A stretch of DNA of 64,000 bases from Macrostomum lignano (lineage: Eukaryota), in NCBI GenBank assembly GCA_002269645.1, contig NIVC01002572.1:1-64000 (forward strand), in the 5' to 3' direction. The first letter of the stretch is position 1, and every line of letters starts with the position of its first letter. The position numbers were made by a program, and so were the translations under genes. The notes beneath the pieces were generated by a model. The model searched no databases, was not told the origin of the DNA, and saw only the letters and a program-made list of their open reading frames with translations. Positions 20,020 to 33,050 of this stretch are shown in pieces.

Positions 20020-20622
20020 GGTATCTACCTATCATCGTAGGCGGAACCTGATCGGTTAAAAATCCTGATACTACTTACATTTACAAGTAGTATTACTGAG
20101 TAACGAGAAATGCAAGCAAGAGGATGCAGTGATTTGAGCTATCCAATTCCGAAGTACTCAACCGGTGGGCAATATATTTCTTAAGTTATAACGTTAAATT
20201 TTTAGCACACAGAAGAACTTAATTAGCAGAAACCGGTTGCAGGGGCGAACGGCAGAAAAAAAGATTCTTTTAATTTAGCAGACACAAAAATATTTTGTTT
20301 TAAGCTACTTTCAGTAAGTAGTCACAGTGGCGTACATAGGCTACGATTTATAATTTTTTAAATACAAGTTCATTCAGTTCATACAGAAACCGTCAGCATT
20401 GAGCAGCCAATCAAAATGGCGGCTGGGCAGCCAATATCCGCTCACCTGTTGCAGGCAGCCGCAATTAAATAAAAGTACTCAGATGAGGCGTGTGGAAGTT
20501 GAGAACTGGAAACAGCATGCGAGCTCTTTGAAAGAGTTTCGGACGATGCCGAGTAGAGGCTGAGGGAGATGCGCATTTTTACACAGGAAATTGCTGAATC
20601 AGCTGCTGCTTGCAACGGCCGC

Positions 20623-20836
20623 CTACGGCCAGTCCTCCTCCAGCGCCTGCTTCTGCTTGTCCAGCTGCCTCAGGCGGCGCCGCATCTCCCGCTTCACAAG
20701 CAGGTACTTGAGCTGGATGGACTCGCGGTACTCTGACTCCTCCCGCTGCAGGATGTGCAGGAAGTTGCTGAGCTCTGGCACGGAGAAGGCCGACCACTGC
20801 GGATTGGGGGGGGGGGGCTGCCGGCTGCGTCTGCTG

Positions 20837-20897
<61 letters not shown>

Positions 20898-21033
20898 CCT
20901 GGCTGTCTGCCTGCCTGTTTGTCTGCCTCGCTGTCTGCCTGCCTGCCTGTCTGTCTGTTTGTCTGCCTGGCTGTCTGCCTGCCTGCCTGTCTGTCTGTCT
21001 CTCTGTCTGCCTGTCTCTCTGTCTGCCTGTCTG

Positions 21034-21066
<33 letters not shown>

Positions 21067-21068
21067 GC

Positions 21069-21103
<35 letters not shown>

Positions 21104-21201
21104 CCTGGCTGTCTGCCTGGCTGTCTGCCTGCCTGTTTGTCTGCCTGGCTGTCTGCCTGCCTGCCTGTCTGTCTGTTTGTCTGCCTGGCTGTCTGCCTGC
21201 C

Positions 21202-21238
<37 letters not shown>

Positions 21239-21296
21239 GCCTGGCTGTCTGTCTGTCTGTCTGTCTGTCTGCCTGCCTGTCTGTCTGTCTGTCTGG

Positions 21297-21327
<31 letters not shown>

Positions 21328-21436
21328 CCTGTCTGTTTGTCTGCCTGGCTGTCTCCCTGCCTGCCTGCCTGTCTGCCTGTCTGTCTGTCTGTCTGTCTGC
21401 CTGCCTGCCTGTCTGTCTGTCTGTCTGTCTGCCTGG

Positions 21437-21467
<31 letters not shown>

Positions 21468-21581
21468 CCTGGCTGTCTGCCTGCCTGTTTGTCTGCCTGG
21501 CTGTCTGCCTGCCTGCCTGTCTGTCTGTTTGTCTGCCTGGCTGTCTGCCTGGCTGTCTGCCTGCCTGCCTGCCTACCTGCC

Positions 21582-21618
<37 letters not shown>

Positions 21619-24600
21619 GCCTGGCTGGCTGTCTGACTGTCTGTCTGTCTGTCTGCTGGTCTGTCTGTCTGCCTGTCTGTCTGCCTGGCTGTCTGTCTGT
21701 CTGTCTGTCTGTCTGTCTGCCTGGCTGTCTGTCTGTCTTATTGCAGCCGCAATGCACAGGCGGTGCCCAGAACTCACATTAACCAGGCCCGAGTCGTTCT
21801 CCTGCAGCACGATTTTCTTTCTTTCGAACACGGAGCTGCCATCGTCTTCGGAGGAGCCGTCCGCTACCGCTGAGGTGCCGTGCAGCCAGGACAGCACCAG
21901 GGCCAGCGGGCTCTCGGTGGGGTGCAGCCGACGGAAGGTCACTGTGAAGGGGTGGCGCGGGACCAGAACTCGTGAACACACGAAAATCATACGAGTACAA
22001 TTGGCCTTTGATTCGAAGATCATAATGGAAAGGTTTGACAGGTCAACCGTCGTGAACACTAAGGGCTCAGAATGATGAACCCATTCGAATAGTGAATATA
22101 CTTCGAAGCATACATGCGCAACTTCTGAAATTACGCTGGCCGTGCGACTTAGTTTTCGATCAAAAATGCGACTTACCTATGTAAGAAAGCGAAACAAAGA
22201 ATTGTGGGTAAACGGCAGGAGTAACTATGACCATATTTTAAAGGCTAAATGCCTCGCCAGCTAATTAGTGCAGATTTCGCGGTTTTTATTACAGCTAATC
22301 AGTATATCATAGTGGCGGCCTGAGGCAATTAGTAATGATGACAATGAGTAAAGACATGTAAAGACAAAAGTCATGATTCATGAATGTCTAGAAGTAAGTG
22401 AAGTGAATACAGTGTGGCCTATAGCTCAAGAATAATTTCACTTGCTAGACGATTTGGCATGGAAGATGAGAGCCCTGATTCAGATGGCTCATCAGATGCA
22501 GAATACAAATCCAGTAGAGATACAAGCTGTGAAAACCCACAGATTTTGAAACCACTGAATTCCAAATCCCGGAACTATTTTGCATAGATTCTTAAATTTG
22601 AAGTCATGCTCAAACAAAAACTTGTTAACAGTTAGGAAAAATGCAAGCAAGGATGGGAGTAAATGCATGTTAAATTAAGATTTGAGGCCTTTGCAAATTC
22701 TCTCCTTTCCTCAATCTTCTCATCCTCTTTTTCTTTTCTCTCTCATCCCTCATCCCTTCTCTCTTTCCTCTCCTCTCTCCTCTCTTTCCTCCTCTCTTAT
22801 CTCTTCTGTCTCCTGTCTACATTCTTATCTCTCCTCTCGTCTCTCTCCACTTCACTCTACTCTCTCATCTTATCTCTCCTCTCGTCTCTCTCCACTCAAC
22901 TCTCTCATCTCATCTCTCCTCTCTTCTCTACTCTCTTATCTCTCCTCTCTTCACTCTCCTCTTATCTCCTCCTTATCCTCTCTTCTCTCGTCTACTCTCT
23001 TATCTCCTTTCTTCTCTCCTCTTTCCTCTTTCCTCTCTTTTCTGATCTCATCCATCATCATATCTTTCCTCTTTCCTCTCATCTCTCTCATCTCTCTCCT
23101 CCCTCAGCTTTTCTCTTATCTTCTATCTTTTCTCCCATTGCATCACTCGCCTCTCCTCTGTTTGCTTATCTCCAATCTTCTATTCCCTCTACTTTGAAGT
23201 AAGAAAATATGCACACATTTTTGCTGAAGATAAGAGGAGAGAAAAGGGCATTGAGGAGAAAGGGTAGAGAGAAAAGGGGAGAAAGGAGAGGGGAGAAGAG
23301 AGGAGAGTAAAAATGAAAGGAGAGAGAAGAGGGAAAAGGGGGAGAGAGAGAAGAGGGGAGGCAAGGTAGAGAAGAAGAGAGAGATGAGAGTTAAAGAGAC
23401 ACCAACCTTGCTAGTTAGAAAGTTTCAAAGAACCCGAGGGGCAAGGGCCAGATAGAGGGGCTTCGCGAGCTGGACTTTGCCGACCCCTGCTCCGGAGTTA
23501 AAGAAATCAATGGGAAACTGTTGACATAGGCTGCTGATTTCAAAGATCTTGTCTGTGGTTGAAGGCTTCTATTCTGTTTTTTGCTCTCCTGCCACACTTG
23601 CACCTACTACCCCTTGATCGCCTCTGATTGCGACTTACTTCCCTCTTATTGCGACTTAGTTGCTCCTTTTGCGACTTACCTAATCCTTTTTGCGACTTAC
23701 CTAATCCTTTTTGCGACTTACCTAATCCTTTTGCGACTTACCTAATCCTTTTTGCGACTTACCTAATCCTTTTTGCGACTTACCTAATCCTTTTGCGACT
23801 TACCTAATCCTTTTTGCGACTTACCTAATCCTTTTTGCGACTTACCTAATCCTTTTGCGACTTACCTAATCCTTTTGCGACTTACCTAATCCTTTTGCGA
23901 CTTAGTTGCTCCTTTTGCGACTTACCTAATCCTTTTGCGACTTACCTAATCCTTTTGCGACTTACCTAATCCTTTTGCGACTTACCTAATCCTTTTGCGA
24001 CTTACCTAATCCTTTTTGCGACTTACCTAATCCTTTTGCGACTTGACCTAATCCTTTTTGCGACTTAGTTGCTCCTTTTGCGTCTTACCTAATCCTTTTG
24101 CGACTTACCTAATCCTTTTGCGACTTGACCTAATCCTTTTTGCGACTTAGTTGCTCCTTTTGCGTCTTACCTAATCCTTTTGCGACTTACCTAATCCTTT
24201 TGCGACTTACCTAATCCTTTTGCGACTTACCTAATCCTTTTTGCGACTTACCTAATCCTTTTGCGACTTACCTAATCCTTTTGCGACTTACCTAATCCTT
24301 TTTGCGACTTACCTAACCCTTTTGCGACTTACCTAATCCTTTTTGCGACTTGACCGAATCCTTTTTGCAACTTAGTTGCTCCTTTTGCGACGTACCTAAT
24401 CATTTGTGCAACTTAATTTGCTTCTGCTGCAACTTGTTTTTCTTTTGCTTCACCATTTTACTTCCCTATATTGCTCTTTCCTCTTGCATTTTTTCGTTTT
24501 TGGTCAACTCAATTTTGCGACTTACCCTGGTCCACCACAATTTACGGTGGCCGGATCGGCCAGCTCGGCCAGCAGTTGCGCATGTATGCTTCGAAGTAAA

Positions 24601-26139
24601 GTATTAAATAATTTAAAACTTAAAGCACTCTATCCAGCACCTCCAATCCTGAATCCCTAACATCCACTAATCCCGAATCCCCAGCATCCACAAATCCCAA
24701 ATCCCCAGCATCCACAAATCCCAATCCCCCATCATCCACAAATCACGAACCCTGAATCCCCAGCATCCAGAAATCCCGAATCCTGAATCCCCAGCATCCA
24801 CAAATCCCGAATCCTTAGCATCCACAAATCCCGAATCCCCAGCATCCAGAAATCCCGAATCCCCAGCATCCAGAAATCCTGAATCCCAGTCTCCACTCAC
24901 CCGACTTGTCCCCCTCAATGGAGTGCTCATACAGGGCAAACTTGTAGGCCTGCTCCTTGACCTGCAGGGCGGTGAGCAGCGCCTGCACGACCTCCTGGCT
25001 GCGCACAGCGCTGGTGATCTGCAGCAGGCGGCTCTGACCCCTCGGCACCAGCTGCGGCAGCTCCGAGCGGCCGAGCCGGATGGGCCGGATCAGGTTGACG
25101 TGCACGCGGACCCGGCCGCTGAACTGCCGCGTCGCCGGGTTGAGGCGGACGGCGGCGCCGCGGAGGCGGCCGAGCTGGCGGACCCTGGCGAGCAGCTCCT
25201 CGTCCGTCCAGCCGGCGATGACGGTCTCGGAGGGCGGGCACTGGATCTCGCGGACGCGGATGCCGAAGGTGCGAATGGCCGGCCGGTCCCAGGTGTTGAA
25301 CTCGTACTGCAGCTGCGAGCGGATGAGGCTGTAGTCCCAGGCTCCGGCCGCCGAGATGCTGGTGAGGTCGGAGGCCTACAGGCGGACAGGAATTAGGATA
25401 GACATGCGGACAGACGGACTGACAGGCAGACGGACAGACGGACTGACAGACAGACAGACATGCGGACAGACGGACTGACAGACAGACAGACATGCGGACA
25501 GACGGACTGACAGACAGACAGACATGCGGACTGACAGACAGACATGCGGACAGACACACAGAGACACATGCGGACAGACAGACACACACGGACAGACCCT
25601 TCAAGCCTACCTCAGACTCCGCTCCATCTTTATCATCGAAGTCCTCAGCGGATGCGGCGGTGGCAGCTCCGGCCTCTTCAGGGGAGGTCGGCGACGCCGG
25701 CACCTCTTCGTCGCCGTCGAGCGTCGACGAAGACGACCGGTCACCCGAGGACTGCTGCGGCTGCGGCTGCTGTTTTCGCTGCTTTTGCCCGGACTGCTTG
25801 CTTTGCTGCTGGCTTCGGCGAAGCTGGCAGCGCGGACTGCCGCCTTCTTCGCCGTCGCTCTCGCCGTTGCTGTCGGAGTCGGGCAGCAGGACGAGCTGCT
25901 GCTGCGGCTGCTGCTGGCCGCTGCTGGAGCGTCGACGCGTCCTCTCGATGACGGTGACTATGCTGTTCAAGGTGCTGCGGCTTTTGATTGACGCATCGGA
26001 CAGGTCGCCGGGTGGTTCAGGAGACTCCTCCGCCTGCTGCTGCTGCTTGGTGGGGGTGGCGTCCTGGTGCAGTGGGGTAAGTGAGGACAGTGAGTCTCGT
26101 CTCTGCTCCGTGAGCATGCTTTTTAAGTTGTGTGGTGTG
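20623..26139 (-). CDS. RASSF: RASSF-family protein (RA + SARAH domains); exons 25611-26139, 24901-25375, 21778-21941, 20623-20796
   Basis: The four exons join in phase through GT-AG sites. SARAH: VN|WSAFSVPELSNFLHILQREE..IQLKY. RA domain: FSGRVRVHVNLIRP..EVVQALL..KFALYE..RRL..E.PL..VLQENDSG, as in RASSF1/5. Confidence 0.9.
20830..21738. repeat. (CTGT/CTGC)n compound microsatellite in a RASSF intron
   Basis: Source of the spurious long ORFs 20579-22075. Confidence 0.95.
22523..23210 (+). mobile_element. Diverged partial copy of the Helitron-like element found at 51913-57662
   Basis: CAAGCTGTGAAAACCCACAGATTTTGAA..CCCGGAACTATTTTGCAT..CAAACAAAAACTTGTTAA matches 51913-52020, followed by a similar CT-rich tract. 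Confidence 0.6.
23630..24400 (+). repeat. 20-21-bp minisatellite (GCGACTTACCTAATCCTTTT[T])
   Basis: Tens of tandem copies. Confidence 0.93.
24650..24890 (+). repeat. 24-bp minisatellite next to a splice donor
   Basis: CATCCA recurs at 24661, 24685 and 24709. Confidence 0.88.
25395..25600 (+). repeat. CAGA-based intronic repeat
   Basis: Fills most of intron 25376-25610. Confidence 0.85.
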
Positions 26140-26179
26140 CTGGAAACGAGGGCCGGGATTCTGATCCCTATTGTTATGG

Positions 26180-26660
26180 GTGGGATTCTGATCCCTATTG
26201 GAAACCATAGGATTCTGATCCCTATTGGAGATCATAGGATTCTGATCCCCATTGAAGATCATAGGATTTTGATCCCTATTGGAAAGCATAGGATTCTGAT
26301 CCCTATTGGAGATCATAGGATTCTGATCCCCATTGAAGATCATAGGATTCTGATCCCTATTGGAAACCATAGGATTCTGATCCCTATTGGAAACCATAGG
26401 ATTCTGATCCCTATTGAAGATCATAGGATTCTGATCCCTATTGGAAATCATAGGATTCTGATCCCTATTGGAAACCATAGGATTCTGATCCCTATTGGAA
26501 ATCATAGGATTCTGATCCCTATTGGAAATCATAGGATTCTGATCCCTATTGGAAACCATAGGATTCTGATCCCTATTGAAGATCATAGGATTCTGATCCC
26601 TATAGGAAACCATAGGATTCTGATCCCTATTGGAAACCAAAGGATTTTGATCTCTATTGT
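26180..26660 (+). repeat. 27-bp minisatellite (TAGGATTCTGATCCCTATTGGAAACCA)
   Basis: Translates to the NHRILIPIG repeats in the track. Confidence 0.92.
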
Positions 26661-27329
26661 TCCCCGATCACAGGAATCACGGATACAAAAGCACATGTTA
26701 TCGGGTGCCTGGACTGTTAAAATGGTGACACCTTGTCTGGGTCTGGCACACAAAATATTATAGAATATAAACTATAAATAATATAGGGATAGTCTCGCCA
26801 ACCCCGCCTGGATACATGACAAGCCAGTTCGCAGACACGCAGCCAGCCGACTCCAATCAGACTATGTGACTGAGTTTAAGCGCCACTTCTAACCTTAACA
26901 TTAGAACTCATTATCAATGTTATAGTGCATGTACATTCTCAACAGCAGCTAGGCCTAGACAGGCGTATAGATTACCAGTCGAACAGTTTAAAATTTAACT
27001 GGGTTTACTCGTAAATAAGGCTCTTACTAGTAAACCACGAAATGGTTTTTTATAATTACGATAACTTGGAGGCAGACTGTGTAATTGCAGCGGCTTGAAC
27101 TTCCATAGCTTTATATTGGGGCTATCGGGGCTGACGCTATGTTGTGGGGAGGGAAGAGAGGCCCCTCTCCGAAGAGTGAGAAGGGAAGGGAAGATGAGTA
27201 CACGTAGATTCGGAGAGAAAGGCAGAAAGGGCAGGAGGCAGAGGAGGCAGAGGGGAGAGGGAGGTAGAGAGGGAGGCAGAGGGTAGAGGGAGGCAGAGGG
27301 GAGGAAGTAAAGGGAGAGGCGGAGCTAGG

Positions 27330-27690
27330 GCTAGGTGGATATAGAGCTAAGGAGTAGGGAGTGAGAAGGGATAGAGTCAGGCTAGGTTGATGTAGAGCTA
27401 AGGAGTAGGGAGTGAGAAGGGATAGAGTCAGGGTAGGTGGATATAGAGCTAAGGAGTAGGGAGTGAGAAGGGATAGAGTCAGGGTAGGTGGATATAGAGC
27501 TAAGGAGTAGGGAGTGAGAAGGGATAGAGTCAGGGTAGGTGGATATAGAGCTAAGGAGTAGGGAGTGAGAAGGGATAGAGTCAGGCTAGGTTGATGTAGA
27601 GCTAAGGAGTAGGGAGTGAGAAGGGATAGAGTCAGGCTAGGTGGATGTAGAACTAAGGAGTAGGGAGTGAGAAGGGAGAGTCAGAGGTAG
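27330..27690 (+). repeat. 51-bp purine-rich minisatellite
   Basis: GTGAGAAGG at 27361, 27412 and onward; ~7 copies. Confidence 0.9.
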
Positions 27691-28740
27691 CAAAGCGAGA
27701 AACGTTCATGAAAGTCAGATCCAGGTAAAACTCTTTGTTAGGTCAAATTGGACTGATTATTGAGCTCCCAGATTTATGAGATTGCAGAGTTATAGAACCT
27801 GCCCCCTGTGCAAAGAGCCAGGAAACTGGAGAAACTCGTGAGAATGACCAGCAAGCCCACAGCTGCAACACTTGAACAGACGAGCTGGCTGGTTAAACCA
27901 GTCTTGGGAGGTCAATTTGAAGAAGAAATACCCCCCCCGAAATCAGTTAGCCATGAAGGCACGCATAATGCCGTGAAATTTGAGTCGGTCTGTAGGCTAA
28001 GCGAAGAGAAAACTGGCAACTGCGCAGCCATCCAGCAGTGTGGCGCTGGCTGCGGGCACTAAATGCAAATCATATTCCAGCTGTAGAATGCAGCACCAAC
28101 GCAGCATGCGCAGGGGAAACTACGGCTGCGAACTACGCTAAAAAAAGGAAGTGTATTCCGAATTGGGCTGGAACCGGCAGATCCAGTTAACACTATGGAA
28201 AATACACAAGCTACACAAGTATGATTTTTAATTAATTCTTTTTGTAGCCAGTCGCGCCGTGTGGAAACTGTGTTTTATACTTGGCTGGTTGTGCTGCATA
28301 GTTAGTTATAATAAATAGTTAAAGCCTTATAGTAAGCCCATAGTGGCAGGTGCAATTTGGCCAATTTAGCGCTTTAATAACAGTAAGCCAAGCCGAAAGC
28401 TCTACGGTATAGCCAATGTAGCAACTGAGAACCTGAGCCTGAGCAGCGCACAAGTAAAGCCACTTTGCAGCCAAGACCGAGCCCTTAAGCGCTATTGCAG
28501 ATAGTGCACACATGCACTTGGACACTGCCAGCGTGGAACTCAGACTAATGAATCATGATAGAGACTAGGCAGGCTTGTCAATGACTGTGAATTGTAAAAC
28601 TTGAGTGAGACCCAACTGTGCACTCAGCGCTGAGGATGAGTCACCCCCCAGACAGGACTGACCCAACGACAGAGTGAGATAAAAAGCTGACCAAGGAGAA
28701 CTAGTCCTAGGAATCTGGTCAAGATTAAAAAGTGACCAAC

Positions 28741-31700
28741 CTTGTCAGGTGTGCAGCCGCGGAATTCCGGCGACATCTCGGAGTCCGTGAAGGTGCCGCT
28801 GTCATTCTTGAACTTGCTAAACTCGGCCAGCAGGTGCGGCTGCTGAGTAGGATGCTGGTGATGAGGTTGAGGATGCTGAGAGGCAGCCGGCTGGTCTTCG
28901 CTGCTGGAGATTCGTCGATGCTGCGGAGAGCCCGAGGAAGCTGCTTGAAAGTGGGAGGCGTTGGAAAGTCAGATTAAAAATCAACTTTTAAAAACAGTAC
29001 GCAAGGCTCAAGGGACATTGCTGATATCAGACTATTTTCTTCAAGAAACCACCAATAGTGACTGTACAAGGCTTCTGTACAGTTCATTCGAAAAAATAAT
29101 ATTAATATTTTCTTTGTTGCTTCCCCAACACGGGACTGAACTAAAATGTTTCTGATGTAGTGGAAATCTATCTAAACTGAACTAAACCCACCTAAACTGA
29201 ACTAAATCCATCTAAACTGAACTAAACCCATCTAAACTGAACTAAACCCATCTAAACTGAACTAAACCCCACCTAAACTGAACTAAATCCATCTAAACTG
29301 AACTAAACTTACCTAAACTGAACTAAACCCATCTAAACTGAACTAAACCCACCTAAATTGAAATAAACCTACCTATTAGGTACTACCTAAACTAAACTAA
29401 ATCCATATAAAATGAACTAAACTCACCTAAATTGAAATAAACCTACCTATTAGGTACTACCTAAACTGAACTAAATCCATCTGGCTGAAAGTTTTTAGCT
29501 GAGCCATTTGACGATGCTGCCCGATGGTTCCTAGCGGTGTTAGTGACAAAAACTGCCATCATAAAGACGCGTATAGTGGCATAGGAATCCCGGTCCGATC
29601 CGTCATCAAATACAGGCCGAAAGCCTCCAGGCCTATGGATTATCCTCATCTACTCGCAAATAGAATTTTGCACTCGGATCGGACCGACCTCATTCTCTCT
29701 CTCGCACCCGATTCCCCTCTCTTCCCCTTTCCCAAATCCCTCATCTGATCTGTCCCCCCCGCTGGGGAAAGGATTTTCAAAGGCTATGCAAAGCTGGGTT
29801 AGTCAGGCTAGACTATAAAGGCCCTGACGGAGCAGTTTTGGATGGAGCGTACAAAAAAGTCCGGGATTGTAGGGCAGGGTCAGCCTCACCCTTCCTTCCC
29901 TGCCCTCTGCTAGCGAATGTTAGCGGACTGCTACTGGCGATGTACAGGACCTACTGAGGATGTACATTAGGCCAGTGCAAATGTTCAAGTCAATTATTCA
30001 TCATGTTCCCTGGATTGTCTCTTCAGCCTAGTCGTCAGTGATTTCAGAAGTTTTGCATCAAACTTCTGTCTTATTTTTGTCTGGTCTTATCTTTTCCGGT
30101 TTTCATAATTTCTCAAGCCATAAAAATTTGAGCAGCTTAAATAAGAGTGCGAGCAAATACTTGTCGTGTACTCCAGATAACTTCTATTAATGCCAATTTC
30201 CTGATAAGTGAAAGCAGGCAGCACAGAATAAACAAACAAATGATCAAAGCAATGCAGCATTGCTATAAATAAATTTCATGTCATGTTCTGCAGCTGTCAG
30301 TCATGCCTGGTTGTCGTGACTGTGGCTACAAACAACTGAGACAAGACTGACAGTTCAGTGAGTGGTCAAGCCTGTGCAACATGCGCGAATTGCAGTACTG
30401 CATCATGCCTAATTTTAGTGTACAGTGCAATTCTTTTAGGAGGGGAACGAGTCTCTGAGGGGGGAAACGAGTCTCTGAGGAGGGGAATGAGTCTCTGAGG
30501 AGGGGAAGAAGTCTCTGAGGAGGGGAAGAAGTCTCTGAGGAGGGGAACGAGTCTCTGAGGAGGGGAACGAGTCTCTGAAGAGGAGAATGAGTCTCTGAGG
30601 AGGGGAACGAGTCTCTGAGGAGGGGAACGAGTCTCTGAGGAGGGGAAGAAGTCTCTGAGGAGGGGAACGAGTATCTGAGGAGGGGAACGAGTCTCTGAAG
30701 AGGAGAATGAGTCTCTGAGGAGGGGAACGAGTCTCTGAGGAGGGGAACGAGTCTCTGAGGAGGGGAAGAAGTCTCTGAGGAGGGGAACGAGTATCTGAGG
30801 AGGGGAACGAGTCTCTGAGGAGGGGAATGAGTCTCTGAGGAGGGAAAAAGTCTAAGGTAAGGGAACGAGTCGCTGAAGAGGGGAGCAAGTCTCTGAGGAG
30901 ACTTAATAAGTTCAGATAATTAAAGTTAAAATCTGACGACGGAGTGAGGCAAGTCAAACTAGTCAAGTCAGTCAAGCCATGTATAGCGAGTAGAAGTACA
31001 AGTCTCTGTCAAAGGAGTCAGTCTCTGCTGAGGAGTCAGAATCAATATCAATTCAGTAATCACGCAGTCAGTTTCCCACCTTCAAATGCGGTCCGATTGC
31101 ATCGCACCAGATCAATGGAAGCGCAGGAAGAGTTCAATGTTGAACCATTAGACGAAGGCAGGCTGGATGCGCCAGAGTCTGACTCATCGTCGAGCTCGCA
31201 GTTGACAAGCTGCGCGTGGCCGTACAATTTGAGACTGTCGGCCGGATAAAAGAAATTGCCTTCGTCTCTGGACTCGGCCCGGGTGCTGGGTAGCTTAATC
31301 CGCGAGCTACGCCTGGAATTGTTAGCCGCGCTCATTCTCTTGTTGAAGTTGGAGTCGCCGCCGCAGGCACTGCTATTGTAGGGATATCGATCCTGATAAG
31401 CGAACGGATCAGGCGCGGCGGCATCGGCTGCGCCGTCGAATGCCGAAGATTGAGATTGAGATTGGGAATAGGAGCGCAGCTTAATAGCACAGCTATTAGG
31501 CCGGGAGCGTTGCGCTATCTGAGAGAAACTTCGACGCAAAGCAATACAGTCGGACTCTTCTTCCTGTTGCTGTTGCGCTTGTTTTGCCTTATTTGGAGGC
31601 CGGTGCAAATGGATATCGCTGTGCCTGTGACAGTTATCTGGCTGCGCCGCTGATATGGAGACACTACTAGGCTCAGCGCCGCCACTGGCACTATCGCTGG

Positions 31701-32595
31701 CTGCTAAATTTCGCTTGTTGTTGTTATTAAAGCACGAGGTGGCTGCGCTTGTAGGACACTTTTTTCGTACAGATGGCTGTTGAAGTGATAAGGGTAAGAA
31801 AATTGGGCTTTAGTGGAGGGGGCAGAGAGGTGGATCGAGGGGGGGGGTTTCAGTTCTATAAGGACTGAGCGTGGATTCGCCCGGACTGGTCGATATCAAA
31901 CCCACACCCCCATCTTAATGTACACATCGCGGGGTTGGAGCGTTCACTTGTGCGCGCCCGCTTTGTTCTCCCTCTCGATGTCTCTCTCAGCTGATGATTT
32001 ACCCTACTGTGGGGGGGAAAGCAGAGCTGACCCCCTCCCCCCCAAACAGCGTGTGCTTGTGCTATATAGACGAAACGAGCGGTGAGTCATCTGGAAATCA
32101 AGCCCCCCGTAGCGTACGAACGTTAGGTTAGGGTCTACATGATGATAAAATAGTCATTGGATAAATATATTTATACGGTAATGATTATATTTTTGTTTAT
32201 AATGGTATGGTATTGTTAAATGTTAAATAGTACTCGTCGTATGGTTACGTGAAATTTTCTATTAAAATGAATTGTTGCTTACTACAGTTCCTGACTTCCT
32301 AGTACTGTTCTTATTATAAGTGCCCTCAGACGTTCCTGACCCTGAAATAAGTGATGCATAATTGGGGGCTTACTTTCACAACCGCAGTGCCAGTGCCGGT
32401 GCTCGACGAAGCAAAGTCAAAATCGAAGAAACGATCGAATTGCAAATGCGATTGCGATTGTGAGAGTTGCTGATTTGACTGTTTTTGCTGCTGCGGCTGC
32501 TGGCTGCTGCTTTGACTCTGACCATGATGATGATGCTGATGGTGACGGTGCTGATGATGCTGATGTCTGCACTGTTTGTTGTTACTGTCCTGCAT
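28741..32595 (-). CDS. Low-complexity exons (32374-32595, 31080-31776, 28741-28943), probably the 5' part of the RASSF gene
   Basis: Phases 0/1/0 are mutually consistent. Joining to the acceptor at 26139 needs one fewer A in the A5 run at 26120-26124, or an unseen exon. Confidence 0.6.
29170..29480 (+). repeat. 20-bp minisatellite (CTAAACTGAACTAAACCCAT)
   Basis: Direct reading of the sequence. Confidence 0.88.
30436..30860 (+). repeat. 20-bp minisatellite (GAGGAGGGGAACGAGTCTCT)
   Basis: Direct reading of the sequence. Confidence 0.9.
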
Positions 32596-32759
32596 GAATC
32601 TTTACTGCCGCGAGACTAAAGACTTAATGATAGGGATTTCAATTTGGTCCTAATTTGACTTGTATATATTGCAAATAAACAATTGCAGCGAGGATTGAAC
32701 GGATCCAGAAGGTGCAGGCAGCTGGTACTATCCTAGTGGAATAGAAACAGAGGGCAAGC

Positions 32760-33050
32760 AGTAGCAGAAATATTTAGACGCGGAAATGCCTACTGCCGCG
32801 GCCTGAAGCAGTTCAGGCACTTTTATAGGAGCGCAATCCATGACGAAGGCCCGAAACCGAGTCGAACAACCCCATGTCGGCTGCCTCGCGATCCTCCTAC
32901 GCAACAGGCGCGGGTACGTGATCCCGATTCCCCTCCCGTCTCCAGTTCGTCCGGAGGCCAGCCAATGACCTGACAACTGTTGCCGACATACAGCAGTAAG
33001 CCTCTCCAAACTTCGTTTACCTGCAACTCCAACCCTCAGCCAGAACTTCC
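32760..33050 (-). pseudogene. Possible degenerate LINE (RTE-like) 3' fragment
   Basis: RQQLSGH...GRGIGITYPRLL loosely resembles RTE ORF C-termini. Confidence 0.3.

Noticed and set aside
20579-22075. Long 290-490 aa ORFs in six frames
   Set aside because: Artefacts of the (CTGT)n microsatellite; only the short RASSF exons within them are real.
25492-26763. 423-aa + strand ORF
   Set aside because: Antisense of a RASSF exon plus the 27-bp minisatellite.
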